From Trypethelium eluteriae (lineage: Eukaryota), in NCBI GenBank assembly GCA_051942245.1, contig JAVECL010000240.1, positions 1-33,867 of the forward strand: 33,867 nucleotides of DNA. The letters run 5' to 3'. The notes below the pieces were generated by a model. The model was not told where the DNA came from, made no database searches, and saw only the letters and a program-made list of their open reading frames with translations. Positions 1 to 11,800 of the stretch are shown here, one piece after another (the first letter of the stretch is position 1; every line of letters begins with the position of its first letter). Made by a program: the position numbers and the translations under genes.

Positions 1-180
1 ATCCTTACGCCCTGTAGTTATTAGTTCATTTCCCTTCGCCCTCACCTAGATAGGGAGGTCTATATAGCAGCCTGCACCTCGGGCGACCTAGATAGGTCAA
101 TTGAGTTCTTTCCTCCGATTCAGTTGTTTGTTACAACATCACTATCTGCGTTCCGGAAGAGGGAAACAACTGCCATCGAG

Positions 181-450
181 GAAGATTATGCTGGTTGACA
201 GAGAATCCAGTCTCTTCAGAAGCTGCACTGTCTTGCCATCTGGGTCAGAAGCTATGTCTCAATGACGACGATTTTTAAGATACCAAAAAGGTCGCTTTCC
301 TTGCGGTAATCAGTAACAACATGGTTTCGGTCGACCCGGTGGGGCTCGACTACTTTATCATTAGTAAAATGGAAATGGAGGACAGGCCTAAGGATTTTCT
401 ATATCAAGATCAACCTGAATCCATCCAACCTAGGCTAGCGCACCCGTGAA
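181..450 (+). mobile_element. Degenerate hAT (Restless-like) transposase fragment
   Basis: Frame starting at 181 reads EDYAG*QRIQSLQKLHCLAIWVRS ... STRWGST (TRWGST at 334-351), with in-frame stops at 196-198 and 307-309. This resembles the GW..I..L.KLH.LA.W.RS and TRW.S blocks of fungal hAT transposases (recalled, not searched). Confidence 0.5.
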
Positions 451-763
451 ACCCTACATAAAACCCTCAGACCTAAATAGCTTCATAGAATGAAGACATC
501 AGTTTCGACAAATTCTACAGTCTTGCATCTGCGGATTGCAATGTGCAAGATCTACTAGTGAGCCCAATCATTCAGTTTGAGTGGGAAGGGTATTTCCGAC
601 TCGACGCAATCCTCCGGAAGAGTGAGACAAAGATCGTATTTTTTAGTATACCTACATGGCAGGGTTCGAAGCTGGTAGAGTCACCGACTGCAACACAATT
701 AAGGGTAAACTTCCTTCTTCAAAACAGTATTAAAGTACAACTAATGAGTAAAGACTGACCACG

Positions 764-1421
764 TCAAAAGACCTCAAACTCTACTTGCCCCACCTCTGGT
801 ACCATAGCAAGCATGGATGGTTGTTCTCCCATTGTGACGGGCATGTCTCCGTGCTTTTGCTCTTTCTCCTCTTTAATCTCCTTTGTTAGCTCTGGGTCAA
901 ATTTTCCTCCAGCGTCGGCGTCGATCTGACTCTGCCACTGTGCGAATCTCACCCCTTCCAAGTCCTCAAGACTAGCAAAGGTCCACCAGCGCGTACCGAG
1001 ACATTTGTCTGTTAAGGAGACAGTATATCGCTCACCTTTTTGGATGTCAGCGGCTTCAATCTTGTTTCGTAGGACTTCGTGACGGATGGAATAAACTCCT
1101 TGGTCCTTGGGAGGAATCATGACAAAGGGGAAGTGCTTTCGAAGATCCTCAGTGTCAATATCACGAGGAAATAGATGGCCGAAGGGCGAGATGACAATCT
1201 TTTTTGACGGGTCCGTGGTGCATTTGATATCTCTAAAGGAGTGATTGGAGAGGTCTTCAAGTGGTGTAGGGTCTGTTCGAAGGGTGATTGATTTTTCTGG
1301 GTAAGGTGTTGATAGAATTCGTGCCGTGACAACAATGTAAAACGGCTCCTGGGAGGTAAGGGACATAGAAGACGGTGAGGCGCTAAGTGTGATTCCAATA
1401 GTGACGGAAGGGTTATCCGAG
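764..1421 (-). CDS. Hypothetical protein (~220 aa exon; first exon unresolved)
   Basis: The 200-aa ORF 764-1366 extends in frame (SDNPSVTIGITLSASPSSMSL) up to a branch-point/acceptor ACTAAC..TTGCAG at 1422-1437. Composition is globular-protein-like; no recognisable motif. Confidence 0.55.
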
Positions 1422-2262
1422 CTGCAACACTGTTAGTGTATTCAAGCATATGATGTGCGGGATTCGGTTGCGAAAGACATGAATACAGGAAATATCATTT
1501 ATTAGGGAAGCACAAAGGTCATGAATCAAAGTAAAGGCCTGCAAGGAACTTCAATTCTCAAGATAGTATGATGAACAAGGGTGACTAGGTCCAAGATAGG
1601 CTATGAGGAATCGGAGTAGAATTTAAGAGAAATCATGAGGCTTACGTTCTAATCAGACGTCCAGAGCCTCGACCAGTCATGGTTAAAATCGAATTAGGCG
1701 AGCTTCTTTGACATCGTTACGGTGGAGCAAATCAACATAAAGAATACGCTTACGCTTGCATGAATGTACGGACTGGTCAGAAAGAAGCGCATGATATGGA
1801 AAGGCTGATCGAGTCTATTGGAAAGTAAACTACCTAGGAACCTGAGGTACAGAGTGAAGAGATAAGAAGAAAGACGCTAGTAGCTAGTGTCGTTACATCA
1901 GCCTCGAAAGCAGCTTTCTCCAACAAACCTATTAGGTAGGTAGTACCTACCTAGGCAACAGCTTTCTTGCAGCAGTGCAGTTCGCGACCGCGGACCTATC
2001 TAGTATCCTCTTGATCTAAGTGTCGTTTTTGTTGCAGCTGTGGACTACATCTTCGTAGCTTTTATTGGATAGTATTGTTCCACTCTTGGGCAGTGTAGAC
2101 GCATCGGCCTTCAGCTGGCTTGGCGTTGTCAGGCAAAGAAACTACCTCTGTACTCTAGAGTACGACGTAACTACGACGAAGTGGCTGGCCGCAGACAATC
2201 TCATCGTCACTGGCACTTATTTCAGGAATCCGAGGCTGATCTGATCATGATAGTCATTGATT

Positions 2263-2328
2263 TGCTCGGTCATGTGTGCGATGCTCGTTCATTTGTGCAA
2301 TGCTCGATCATTTGTGCAATGCTCGGTC
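2263..2328. repeat. 19-bp minisatellite, 3.5 copies
   Basis: TGCTCGGTCATGTGTGCGA / TGCTCGTTCATTTGTGCAA / TGCTCGATCATTTGTGCAA / TGCTCGGTC, starting at 2263, 2282, 2301 and 2320. Confidence 0.85.
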
Positions 2329-2873
2329 TAATCAGGTGCGGCTGCGTGTTCTACTCATCGATAGATGAGGTAACCGAGACCTCCAACATGCAAGGCAGAT
2401 CTCTCATGTGACTCTTCTATTTCATGTGATAGGCTGAATCATTGCTTTATCCTACATACTGATCGGGTTGCAGCTGCGTTTTGTTTCGACAGACGAGGCA
2501 GCTCTGCTACAGAACGAGGAAACACGAACGGGCGAGACAAACCTCGAACATTCTCTAATTCTTCTCATAGCTTGAACTTTGCTTCGCCACCCACGGCCCC
2601 TTGCAGATCCAAGTAAGATCTCATGACACTCATTTTGAGATTGTTGAGCAATGTGGCTGTGGTCAACCAACGAGGATCATTAGGAGAAGGAGCCAGATGG
2701 GGATCTTTAATCCAGTTCTCGTGGTGCATATGACCCTTTGGGTTTGAACTACGTCTTTTATTATATATCTCTCTAATCGCATAGGTAACTGGAATTTCTG
2801 CATCAACAGCTTCCAAGCATTTTCTATCATTGTCCTTCTATAGCTTCTTGTCTTCTATTCCAAATTTGTGAAC

Positions 2874-3639
2874 ATGCATCGTTCATTAATCCTACTTAGG
2901 GTCTTCAAATTCGTCTTCCCTGCTTTAGCAGACCGAGGAAGTGCGACAGTGATCACTCCAAGTATATGCAACTCTGTACCTACCGACACATCCACTCCGT
3001 CCCCGAGGTCTGCATCTAGCTGCGAGCATGAAGCCGACCCTGACGGTGGATTGGGCTTGTGCTCAGATCTTGCTGACGGCGGATGGTGTGATTGCGGCTC
3101 TGCAGGAGACTATCCGATCTTGACAGGATCTGACATCTGTGGATACACTTCCTTGGACCCAAGCTCCCAAATTAGCCTCACGTCAACCGATTGCTCAACT
3201 TCCATTCAAACTCTTACAGTGACTGTCAGTCCTATACCAGTGTCCAGCGCTGCAAAGCGAACCGAGCCGACGTTTGTTCCAGCGCGCCGAGGCGTCAGCC
3301 GTCCAGCCAAACCTCTCAATAAGAGAGGCGGACAAGTCAGCTTCGCCGCCAGCTGCGACAACCCTCCACCGCCTAGCAGCTCTTACAAAGTCTTCAAGAC
3401 CATGTCCGAGGCTCTCCAACAAGCCTATACGGATGCAGTGACGATGGCGACCCTTGCCCAAACCGTAGCTAGTGACAACAATGGCTTCACACTACTTTGG
3501 TGGAACTAAATTAGACGTTCAACTCCGGAACTTCCAGAAGATGATGCAAGGCATCGCCAGCTCTAACAGTAACTACAATATCCAATTCGAATGCTCAAAT
3601 ACGCCTGACTGCAAGACTGTACTTCATTTGTTGATATAG
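2874..3639 (+). pseudogene. Frameshifted, truncated secreted Cys-rich protein with the start of a possible zincin (M35-like) metalloprotease domain
   Basis: ATG 2874, hydrophobic N-terminus, Cys-rich module (CEHEADPD..C..GWCDC...YP...C.Y), Ser/Thr linker and Kex2-like KR, then QQAYTDAVTMATLA..NNGFT. Coding-like sequence continues in the +1 frame from 3493 as YFGGTKLDVQLRNFQKMMQGIASSNSNYNIQFECSNTPDCKT, ending at TAG 3637-3639. No HExxH found downstream. Confidence 0.55.
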
Positions 3640-3954
3640 CAAAGTACTGTAAAAGTGTTATCCCTGCCCAACCAGCTTGTCACTGACCACTACCATTTAC
3701 TTGCAACATTGAGTTTCCGACAGATTTGTGACCGAAGTTCTGGAAGGCTAGTATAGAAAAATCTAGATGTTGGATCTCAGAAGTCGCAGTCTCATAACCA
3801 CTCCATTGGCCAATTATTAAGTTCTTCATAGGCTATCAGAGACAAATACAGTGGTTTTCATGCATTTCATCTCAACCTATTTAGATAAAAAATGTGGTCA
3901 TCTTCGTCTGAGGAAACAGCTTGTTTTATCTTTCCAGCAGTGACTTCTTTCCCT

Positions 3955-5672
3955 CTACGGATAATATAGTGGCACTGGCTGGTAAAAGCTGAAACGCTCC
4001 ATCGGATCCCACCTCCGCTTCAACCGGGTGAGGTTGTGGAGCTTTGCAGGCGTGTACCAAACTGCCGGACCTTCGTCGCCATTGGCGAAGTTGACGTAGA
4101 CTGAGAGATTATCGAAGCCGCTTGTCGCTTGCACCATAGCTCGTGCATTCCTCCAAAAATCATTGGCCGCTTTGTCGAGCGTCGAGTTGGGATGGTATTG
4201 GCTTTGCATGGTTCTCAAATACCACTGTCAGCTGCAACACTCCCCTCACTTTTGCGCTTCTCCTGTCTTGACTTACACTTGCGACTTGATGTCTCGGTAA
4301 GGGTAGGCCATTTCGCCGTCCGGAACCCTCAGAGTCATAGCATTGGGGTAGCGGTCTATACCGAAGAAGCCGCTAAAGCTTGGATTTGCCTTAGAGAACT
4401 CGGTGAGGTTGTTGAAAAGTGTCGTCAGGGCGTTCGGGTCTGTTTGCTTGATGCCGAGGGCGTACGAGGTGTAATATTCTCCATTGACACAGTCAGTAGC
4501 GCTTGGGCTGGTATATGTGCCAAAGTCTGCGACTGTCCACCAATCTGTCCATCGAACCGTTCTCGTGTTGTTAATCGTAGGACCTGCAGTAATGAAAGGC
4601 TGTATGTATTGCATCACCTCGTCCTCAGGGCCGAACCAAACGACATTAACAGCAACTGAGGACTTTCGTTGAGGTCAGCGACTGATGGTTTCTTCTATTT
4701 TTTTTGGGACAAGTATGGGGCGTACGAACTTGTCCATTAGTCCGATTATACACTGAACCAATGTTGAGAGTAAGTTGGTTCGGAATCTCGTCATCATAGG
4801 TCTTTAAGGCCTCGAATATTGTTGCATTCGCACTTCCTGGGTAAAGCAAATCGATACTTGTCAGATTACCGCCATTGACGTTATCATGAAGGTTGAAAGT
4901 TGCCGACGTAACGATGCCAAAATTGGCACCAGCGCCACGTATGCCCCAGAATAGGTCGGAGTTCTGCGTGTTCGACGCTTCGACAAGCTCTCCTTGTGCA
5001 GTCACCAGACGAACTGAATCAAGGTAGTCCACACCGAGTCCGAGGATACCTTGCCAGACGCCAACGGTACCTCCAAGAGAGGCCCCAAGTACTCCTACGC
5101 ACCTTGAGTTTCCGAATGCTGCAGGCAGAGCGATTAATACAGTTCCTTTCAAATTTTCAAATGAGTCATTCTACCTCGAGGGCGAGGATGACTGAGAGCG
5201 GATAGCATGACGTACGCAGCATCTTCCCTGCATCATACAAAGGATCGAACAACTGGGAGAAATTCACGGATCCGCCAACGGTGATCTTGCTGTTGTTGGC
5301 ATTTAAGTCGACATTTCTGAACTTGCTGAGATCGATGTTGATGCCATCAAAAGCCGTTAGGGTGCTTGTGCTGCCGTGACCACGACCTGTGGCTAGAAAA
5401 GAGATGTTGTTTCGGGCGGAAGTCTTGGCAATGTGTTGAATATCTTGCTCAGTCGCTGGTTGAATCGCTCCAAAGTACTTGGGTGCATGATAAAGATCCC
5501 ATCTTTGTGTCACATCTTCGCTCCAGTGAGGATCTGAAGGATAGAAGATCTCGGCTCCTGGGGATAAGCCAGGACCGTACAGTGCCGTCAAGTTCGCCAA
5601 TCCCAACCGTCGAGCGGCGACCAATCCGAGACTGGCCGCCAGCAGGTACAAAGAGGGTGGGCTGACAACCAT
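3955..5672 (-). CDS. FAD-linked oxidoreductase, berberine-bridge-enzyme-like (SorD/AfoF/AzaG-type), ~496 aa, with signal peptide
   Basis: Exons 5672-5216, 5118-4730, 4662-4277 and ~4213-3955 (1491 nt, in frame). Motifs: ATGRGHG (flavin-attachment His), CVGVLGASLGG, DLFWGIRGAGANFGIVTS, and C-terminal BBE motif YVNFANGDEG..LTRLKRRWDP. Confidence 0.92.
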
Positions 5673-6048
5673 CGGAGTTGTGATAACTTATGGATTAAAC
5701 AGACAGACAGATAGACAGATCAGCGCCTTCAGTGACTATGAGAAGCTCTCGCGTGGTCTCTTATACTAAAGGTACAGGCATTCTGGCCCTTGTACAACCA
5801 CCGCCATTATCGGTATCCGCGTCCGGTTCGGATTGTCCTGAGCCGGTCGCATCATCAGGCTTGAGCTCTAAATACTCTACATGATCAAAGCACCAAGCCA
5901 GCAACCCGCAAAGAAACTTTGGACGCCTCAGGTCCTTCATGCTACCGCATAACTCTATAGATCCGCCAATGGACTCCAGACTTCGCCAGATGATTTTGTC
6001 ATACCCAGAAGGGCGAGAGCCTGATCGTCAGAGGCAGACACAAAGAGG

Positions 6049-6066
6049 CGGACATTTAAAAGTCCG
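6049..6066. promoter_or_regulatory. Candidate Zn2Cys6 binding site CGGAC-ATTTAAAA-GTCCG (CGG-N12-CCG) in the oxidase/acyltransferase divergent promoter
   Basis: Inverted CGGAC/GTCCG half-sites. The right half is AAAAGTCCG, which is also found in the other two divergent promoters. Confidence 0.4.
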
Positions 6067-6377
6067 AACCTCGTCCAAGTTACCACTCCATTCGGTATTA
6101 TGCAGATGAAACGTGATTTCCCTTGGAAAGCGTAGACATTGCAAAATGGACTCTTCTCGATGGATCAGCTTTATATGCTTGAAAGTTGATCAAGGCAAAA
6201 AAATCCAGTCAGGTATTGGCCTTTTCGGATTTCACGCTTGAATCAAGATAAAGAGACGGGATATTGAGACGTTCTAGTTTTAGCGCCGCAAGATCATTGC
6301 CAAGTCAAGTTTACCTTCTCTCTAAATCTCCACCTTTCTCTACAGCACGAACCAAAGCCTCTTTACCACAGTGAACC

Positions 6378-7835
6378 ATGGCAAGCACGCAGGCAATGAT
6401 TAAGGCCACTACTGTCGAAACTATCGAGCACCCTGCAAAGGCACAGATCGAGTCTCGAAAGGATAGCGAAGTCGATCTGCACCAAGATGTCGTGTCTCAG
6501 TTTCCATTTCTGAACGGCTACAGTCATGCAGCTTTCAGCTTCCAGCCGGATGCTAAGACCTCGCGAGAGACCATAATTACCACCATCCGTGATGCTCTAA
6601 ACAAGCTCGCTGCCCAAGTTCCGTGGCTGGCTGGCCAAGTCTTGCACGTTGCTGGGCCACCCGGTAGCTCAGGACTTTACACGCTGGCTCCATGGCCTTC
6701 AACCGTGTCAAAGAATGAGATGATGCTCGTGAAGGACTGTGAGAGCCTCATGCCGCCTATTGCGGAGATTCTGCAGGCCGGTGCACCCATCTCGATGCTC
6801 GACGGCAACGTCCTGACACCATTTCCCGGTCTCCCTTTGCCGCATGGCCTTGAGCCGCCGATCCCGGTGATGGTAGTGCAGGTCAACCTTGTGCACGGCG
6901 GGGTCATCATAAACCTGAGCGCTCACCATATGGTCGTTGACGGCACCGGGATGGTGCAGATCATGCGACACCTGTCTACCATACTTCAGAGCCGCGAGAT
7001 CTCTGCCACCGACCTTGAGCAGGCTAATCGCGACCGCCGCTATGTAGTGCCGCTAATCCCACGGGGCGAGCCGGTCAAGGATCACAGCTATTTACGCGCG
7101 CCGCCCGGTCATGTAACAGCTCCTCCATCGTCACCTGCAAAGTGGTGTTATTTCAAGCTGCCAGTGTCAGCTTTAGCTATGCTGAGGGGGTCAGCATCCT
7201 CGCTATCGCCGTCTCAGCAGCAGCAGCAAATATCAGAAAACGACGTGATTAGCGCTTTCTGCTGGCAGCGTATCACAGCCGTGCGTCTTGCTCGAGGCTT
7301 CTCACCAGACACCATGACAAAGCTGACCCGAAGTATTGATGGACGAACCGCTGTCGGGGTCCCAATTACTTATATCGGACACTTGACCTACTTTTCGGTC
7401 TCACAGCTGCCAATGGCCCGTGTAACAGCGCAACCGCTGTCTGCGATCGCACAGATGCTGCGGCGCGAGCTCAACGCCGCGAATACAGCATGGGCGATAC
7501 GCAGCTATGCCACCTTCCTCGCACGTGAGCCGGACAAGTCGCGACTCGTGTACGCTGGATTGCGCAATCTGGACACCGATTTGGGGACGACGGCTTTCAA
7601 TGCGAGTCAGTCGGCTGCTCAGGAAGACGACTCAGCCATGTCGGACAATTTTGGACCTGTACTCGGCAGGCTGAAGTACTCCCGCCGTCCAAACACGACG
7701 CCACTTCCGGGAGGTATTACTGTTTGTCCGGTCGAGAGTGGCGCAATTCCTCTCCTTTTATGTATGCCGGAGGCGGATCTGGACGGGCTGACAAAGGATC
7801 CCGATTGGAGGCGCTACACGAGGCATATCGGCTAG
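6378..7835 (+). CDS. Trichothecene 3-O-acetyltransferase (Tri101)/BAHD-like O-acyltransferase (AzaD/CazE-type), 485 aa, intronless
   Basis: PWLAGQV; PVMVVQVNLVHGG; catalytic HxxxD in AHHMVVDG; ISENDVISAFCWQRIT; DFG-like DNFGPVLG; RRP; C-terminal DPDWRRYTRHIG typical of Tri101-like enzymes. Confidence 0.92.
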   Translation: MASTQAMIKATTVETIEHPAKAQIESRKDSEVDLHQDVVSQFPFLNGYSHAAFSFQPDAKTSRETIITTIRDALNKLAAQVPWLAGQVLHVAGPPGSSGLYTLAPWPSTVSKNEMMLVKDCESLMPPIAEILQAGAPISMLDGNVLTPFPGLPLPHGLEPPIPVMVVQVNLVHGGVIINLSAHHMVVDGTGMVQIMRHLSTILQSREISATDLEQANRDRRYVVPLIPRGEPVKDHSYLRAPPGHVTAPPSSPAKWCYFKLPVSALAMLRGSASSLSPSQQQQQISENDVISAFCWQRITAVRLARGFSPDTMTKLTRSIDGRTAVGVPITYIGHLTYFSVSQLPMARVTAQPLSAIAQMLRRELNAANTAWAIRSYATFLAREPDKSRLVYAGLRNLDTDLGTTAFNASQSAAQEDDSAMSDNFGPVLGRLKYSRRPNTTPLPGGITVCPVESGAIPLLLCMPEADLDGLTKDPDWRRYTRHIG

Positions 7836-8819
7836 CTCGGGGAAACCATCTGAACTGTAAGGCTTGGGGATGTGGTCAGAAAGTGAGATGAGTTCGGAAA
7901 CAGTCACGAGAAATCATGGCTTCGGCGCGACAAGATCTGCTGATGCCATAACGGAGAGTATGTACAATAAGCGACCGCAAGGACTACTTACCGAATCTCA
8001 TTGTGGACCTTCCAGCGGAGGAGTAAAAATAAGAATCTTACTCCACAGTTGGCCTGCTCTGTAATTCGTTCCTCATGCTCCTTTTCCCGTTCTTCATATT
8101 TTATGAGTCGCTAGAATCTCTGATAGAGGTTGACTCAGACGTTCAAAGTTCCCATGATTAGATGATAAATGCCACAGGAGCAGACCAGGCATTGGTACCT
8201 AGCTTTGTAGGCATCCTATCCAATTCATTATGGATTTTCAATACAAAGCCTGTCGTAGAAACTGCATCGTGGGAATGACTATCTTCGGTAATCTTTGATA
8301 TCATTTTGACTCAGACAAATCTGTGGATGAAAAGCACAAATCGTAAGGGGTGGTCGTTTGTGGTCAATGTGCTGATGTTTAGCAGTCGTTGACCGACTGT
8401 ATGTGGCAGAATAGGTCACAACTAGGCACTCAAGTCGCTTTGTGTCCTATCATCGACATCTATATTGAATCTTGCCTCAAGGTTGGGCTTCGTCGTTTGT
8501 ATTTAGGGATGCGCTTCGTCGTCATTGGTCTGTCTTCAGAAGACTTTGTGATATCTCAGTCCAACCTAGGTTTCTCTAAACTGAATCTGATCCAAGCTTC
8601 ACACGATTGATCATGATACGATCCCATACATTGCAACCTTTTTGGATTATTTACGTGGCCGTATGTCTGTGACATCTTGATTCACCTTACCTTCCAAGCC
8701 CAACGCCCGCTCCAAAGAGAAAACGCGCAGTTGCACCATCGGTGGACGAGAAGAGGGGAGGATATGAGATGCAAAGCCGCTCTCAATGCCCAAAACACTT
8801 TAAATATAATAGCCAATTT

Positions 8820-11800
8820 TCACGAGACGATAGCTGATTTAACATACTCACTCTTAGATGCAACAAGACCCACTAGCGCTGCCAGCGATGGACTCCGCAG
8901 GACCTCGAAACTTGAAATTTCCGCGGCGACTTGATGCCTTAGCATATTGCGTAACTCGACCGCAACTAAAGAGTCGACGCCGTGAGCACCAGGTGGTTTT
9001 GTTAAATCAACGTCCTCAGTGGGAATTGTGAATAGGTCAGCAAGCTTCTGCACAATAGCCTGACCTACGAGGCGTTCGGCCTCATTAGATGATGAGACTC
9101 GAGCAAGCTGGCTGCGAAGCGAGTCACCCTCCCCCTTGCCACCACCAGCGTCCCTTTGTTGCTGCCGTGGTTGACGATATTGCAGCGCCCAGAAGCGCGC
9201 ATCACGACCGAGTTGTCCACCGCTGTCTGGATTCCAGTGCCCACCAGGTCCGACATTAAGACCTGCTACAATCTGTCCTTGATAGGGGGCTAGGATGGCC
9301 GACTCGATAATTTTAAGCATTATTTCCTCATCGAGTGAGACATGACCAAGCCGATCCATACGCTCCCGAACCCCTGCTGTCTCTGCAACGTAACCAACGG
9401 ACTTAACGGCTGGAAGGCCAATAGACACACATGGTAAGCCGCGACCCACACGCCAGCGTGCCAGTGCATCCATGTAGCTATTGCCAGCCGCGTAGTTGCT
9501 CTGGCTGGCATTTCCCAGAATGCCACAATTGGAGGAAAGTATGATGAAAAAGTCAAGATCATCGGCATTTGGGAATTGTGAATGCAGATTCCATGTGCCG
9601 TTGACTTTAGGCAGGATGGCAGCCTTGTAGGCATGAATCGTCATCTGTTCAAGTAAGACATCCTAAAAGATCATTAGTCTAGCTTTTCACCTAGATGGCA
9701 CTTTATATACTGGGAAACGTACCTGAAGAACCATTGCAGCTTGTAAGATGCCTCGAACTGGTGGAAGCTGCTCACGTTGGCACTCTTGAAGTGCTGAAGC
9801 CAAAGCGGCTGATTTTGAGGCATCACTGCTGATCGCCTTAATTCGACATCCCGTCTCTTCCATTGTCTGTGCCACGAAGCAACCTGTTTTCTGGAGGTCC
9901 CCAGCACTGCGCGACACAAGTATCAAATTCTTTGCGCCATGCTCGATCATCCAAGTGACTACAGATCGCCCAATACCACCAACACCACCAACGAGCAGGT
10001 AAGAAGCATTTGGGCGAAGCCTGACGCTCTGGCGGCGTGGCATTATGGGGACGGTCTCATGTGGGCCAGTTGTGAGTACCACTTTGCCTGTGATCTTTCC
10101 GGTCATAAACTGTTTGAACGCCTGAGCAGCTTCGGCGATTGAATAGGTGGTGATCGGCCAGACTGGTGCAATACTCTTTTGCGCCAGCAGACGAGCTATC
10201 TCGGTAAGAGCAAGGTGAATGTCTTCCCCCCGAGAGCGCATCATGGCCAGTATGTTCAGTGGCGAAAAGGATGCCTGAGAAGTAAAGGGCTGCATCTCTA
10301 AGCTGCTATTACGCTCGATGTCGCGAGCTCCGATTTCCACAAAGTGCCCAAACGGTGCGACGATGTCGAAGCTCGCCTGCAGCAGTGATCCAGCTAGCGA
10401 ATTGAGCACAACGTCGACTCCACGCTCGCCAGTGGCCGAGAGGATGCCGCGCATAAATGATGTGTTCCGACTAGAGAAGATATGGCTGGATGGTATGCCG
10501 TACCTATTGAAGATCAAGTCCTTCTTCTCAGACGAGCCCACGGTCGCGAAGATTGTTGCGCCGAGGTGCTGCGCAATCATGATTGCCGCCTGCCCAACGC
10601 CACCGGCAGCGGCATGTATCAGTACTGATTGGCCGCGCTGAAGACGTCCAATGCCGCAAAGACCGATGAAAGCGGTGCTGAAGACGAGCGGGATCGTGGC
10701 GGCTTCTTCAAACGTAAGGGTAGCGGGAATTTGCATAACGTTGGTCCATAAGGTCTGCACACGACTGCTGAAAGGACCCTCAAGTAAACAGAAAACGCGG
10801 TCTCCTGGAGCGTATCCATGAGACGCAGCCAGATCGCCAACCTTCGTAACGACACCCGCACATTCTAAGCCCATAATACGGTTGTCTAGCTGGTCCAAAA
10901 CCACCAAGGCGTCGCGGAAGTTGGCTCCGTATACCTTTGGTTCTATCTGAACCATGTCTTCTGCAATGACGTTGTCGTCGCGGATGGTCGACCGAGGATC
11001 ATGGTCGAATACGATCGTGTTCAGGAGGCCGGGGACGCCAACTTGCAAGCTCAGAGGATAGTCTGGCTGGTGGAATGGTTCAATCGGCATGCTCTCTTTG
11101 GCAGAGTAGTTGATTGCTTCGGGCAAGATGTTCTTATTTCCATCAATATCCTTTTGTAGTCTTGGAACCAGAATGCATCCATCCCGCTCGGCGTACTCGA
11201 ATTCGCTAGGCGCATCGTATGAAGAAGTGCCGTCCGTGCTCGCAAACTCCGTCTTCAAGATTTGAACGATTGTCGACGTAGTCTCGTCGGACCAAGCTGA
11301 TCTTTTGGAGTCCAAATCCAGGGTCAAAAGCTTGCGACCCACATACTCATTCCGCAACGTGCGCACAAAGCCAACCGCGAGCCCGCGATCTGGCTGTTCG
11401 CACTCCACCGCGCCTCCACGAGTGACCCAGAGAAGCCCCTTGCAGAATGCAACCATTGCTTTGATACCTTCCAGCTCTGTTGAGTCGAGATCATGCAGTA
11501 ATGGTTGATTTACTTCACCCAAAAAGACACAGATTTTCCCCGTGTACACCGACGCGGTGGAAGACTCCAGGATCTGCACGGCTGGAAAGAGCTCATCGAT
11601 GGTCGTCGTACCGGCAATTGCACGTTGCAGAGAGCTTTGCCAGCTACTCGGGAGAGGCGTCTTGCTGCTGGTGACGAGCACGAGATCTTTTGATGCGAGC
11701 CTTGGGCGTTCTGTGGGCAACGCGGTCGACATTATAGTGCTCACCGCGTAGAATTCCTCGCTCTCGCAGTCATGTACTTCGAGATCAATCCCCGTGAAGC

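Noticed and set aside
88..2003. 11-bp inverted match CTAGATAGGTC (88-98) / GACCTATCTAG (1993-2003) as transposon ends
   Set aside because: Short, drawn from TAGG-rich sequence that is common here, and no target-site duplication seen.
5698..5722. (GACA/GATA)n run, the (CAG)n run in the acyltransferase, and 12-13-bp duplications at ~22954 and ~26576
   Set aside because: Ordinary short slippage repeats.
8385..8430. VCGRIGHN* resembling a pogo/Fot1 transposase zinc knuckle
   Set aside because: Too short, flanking Cys residues are missing, and no supporting transposase sequence is nearby.
8820..9722. Apparent split of the PKS into separate 2080-aa and 274-aa proteins
   Set aside because: A canonical 60-nt intron (9722-9663; GTACGT..CTAAT..TAG) joins MVLQ to DVLL in the KR domain.
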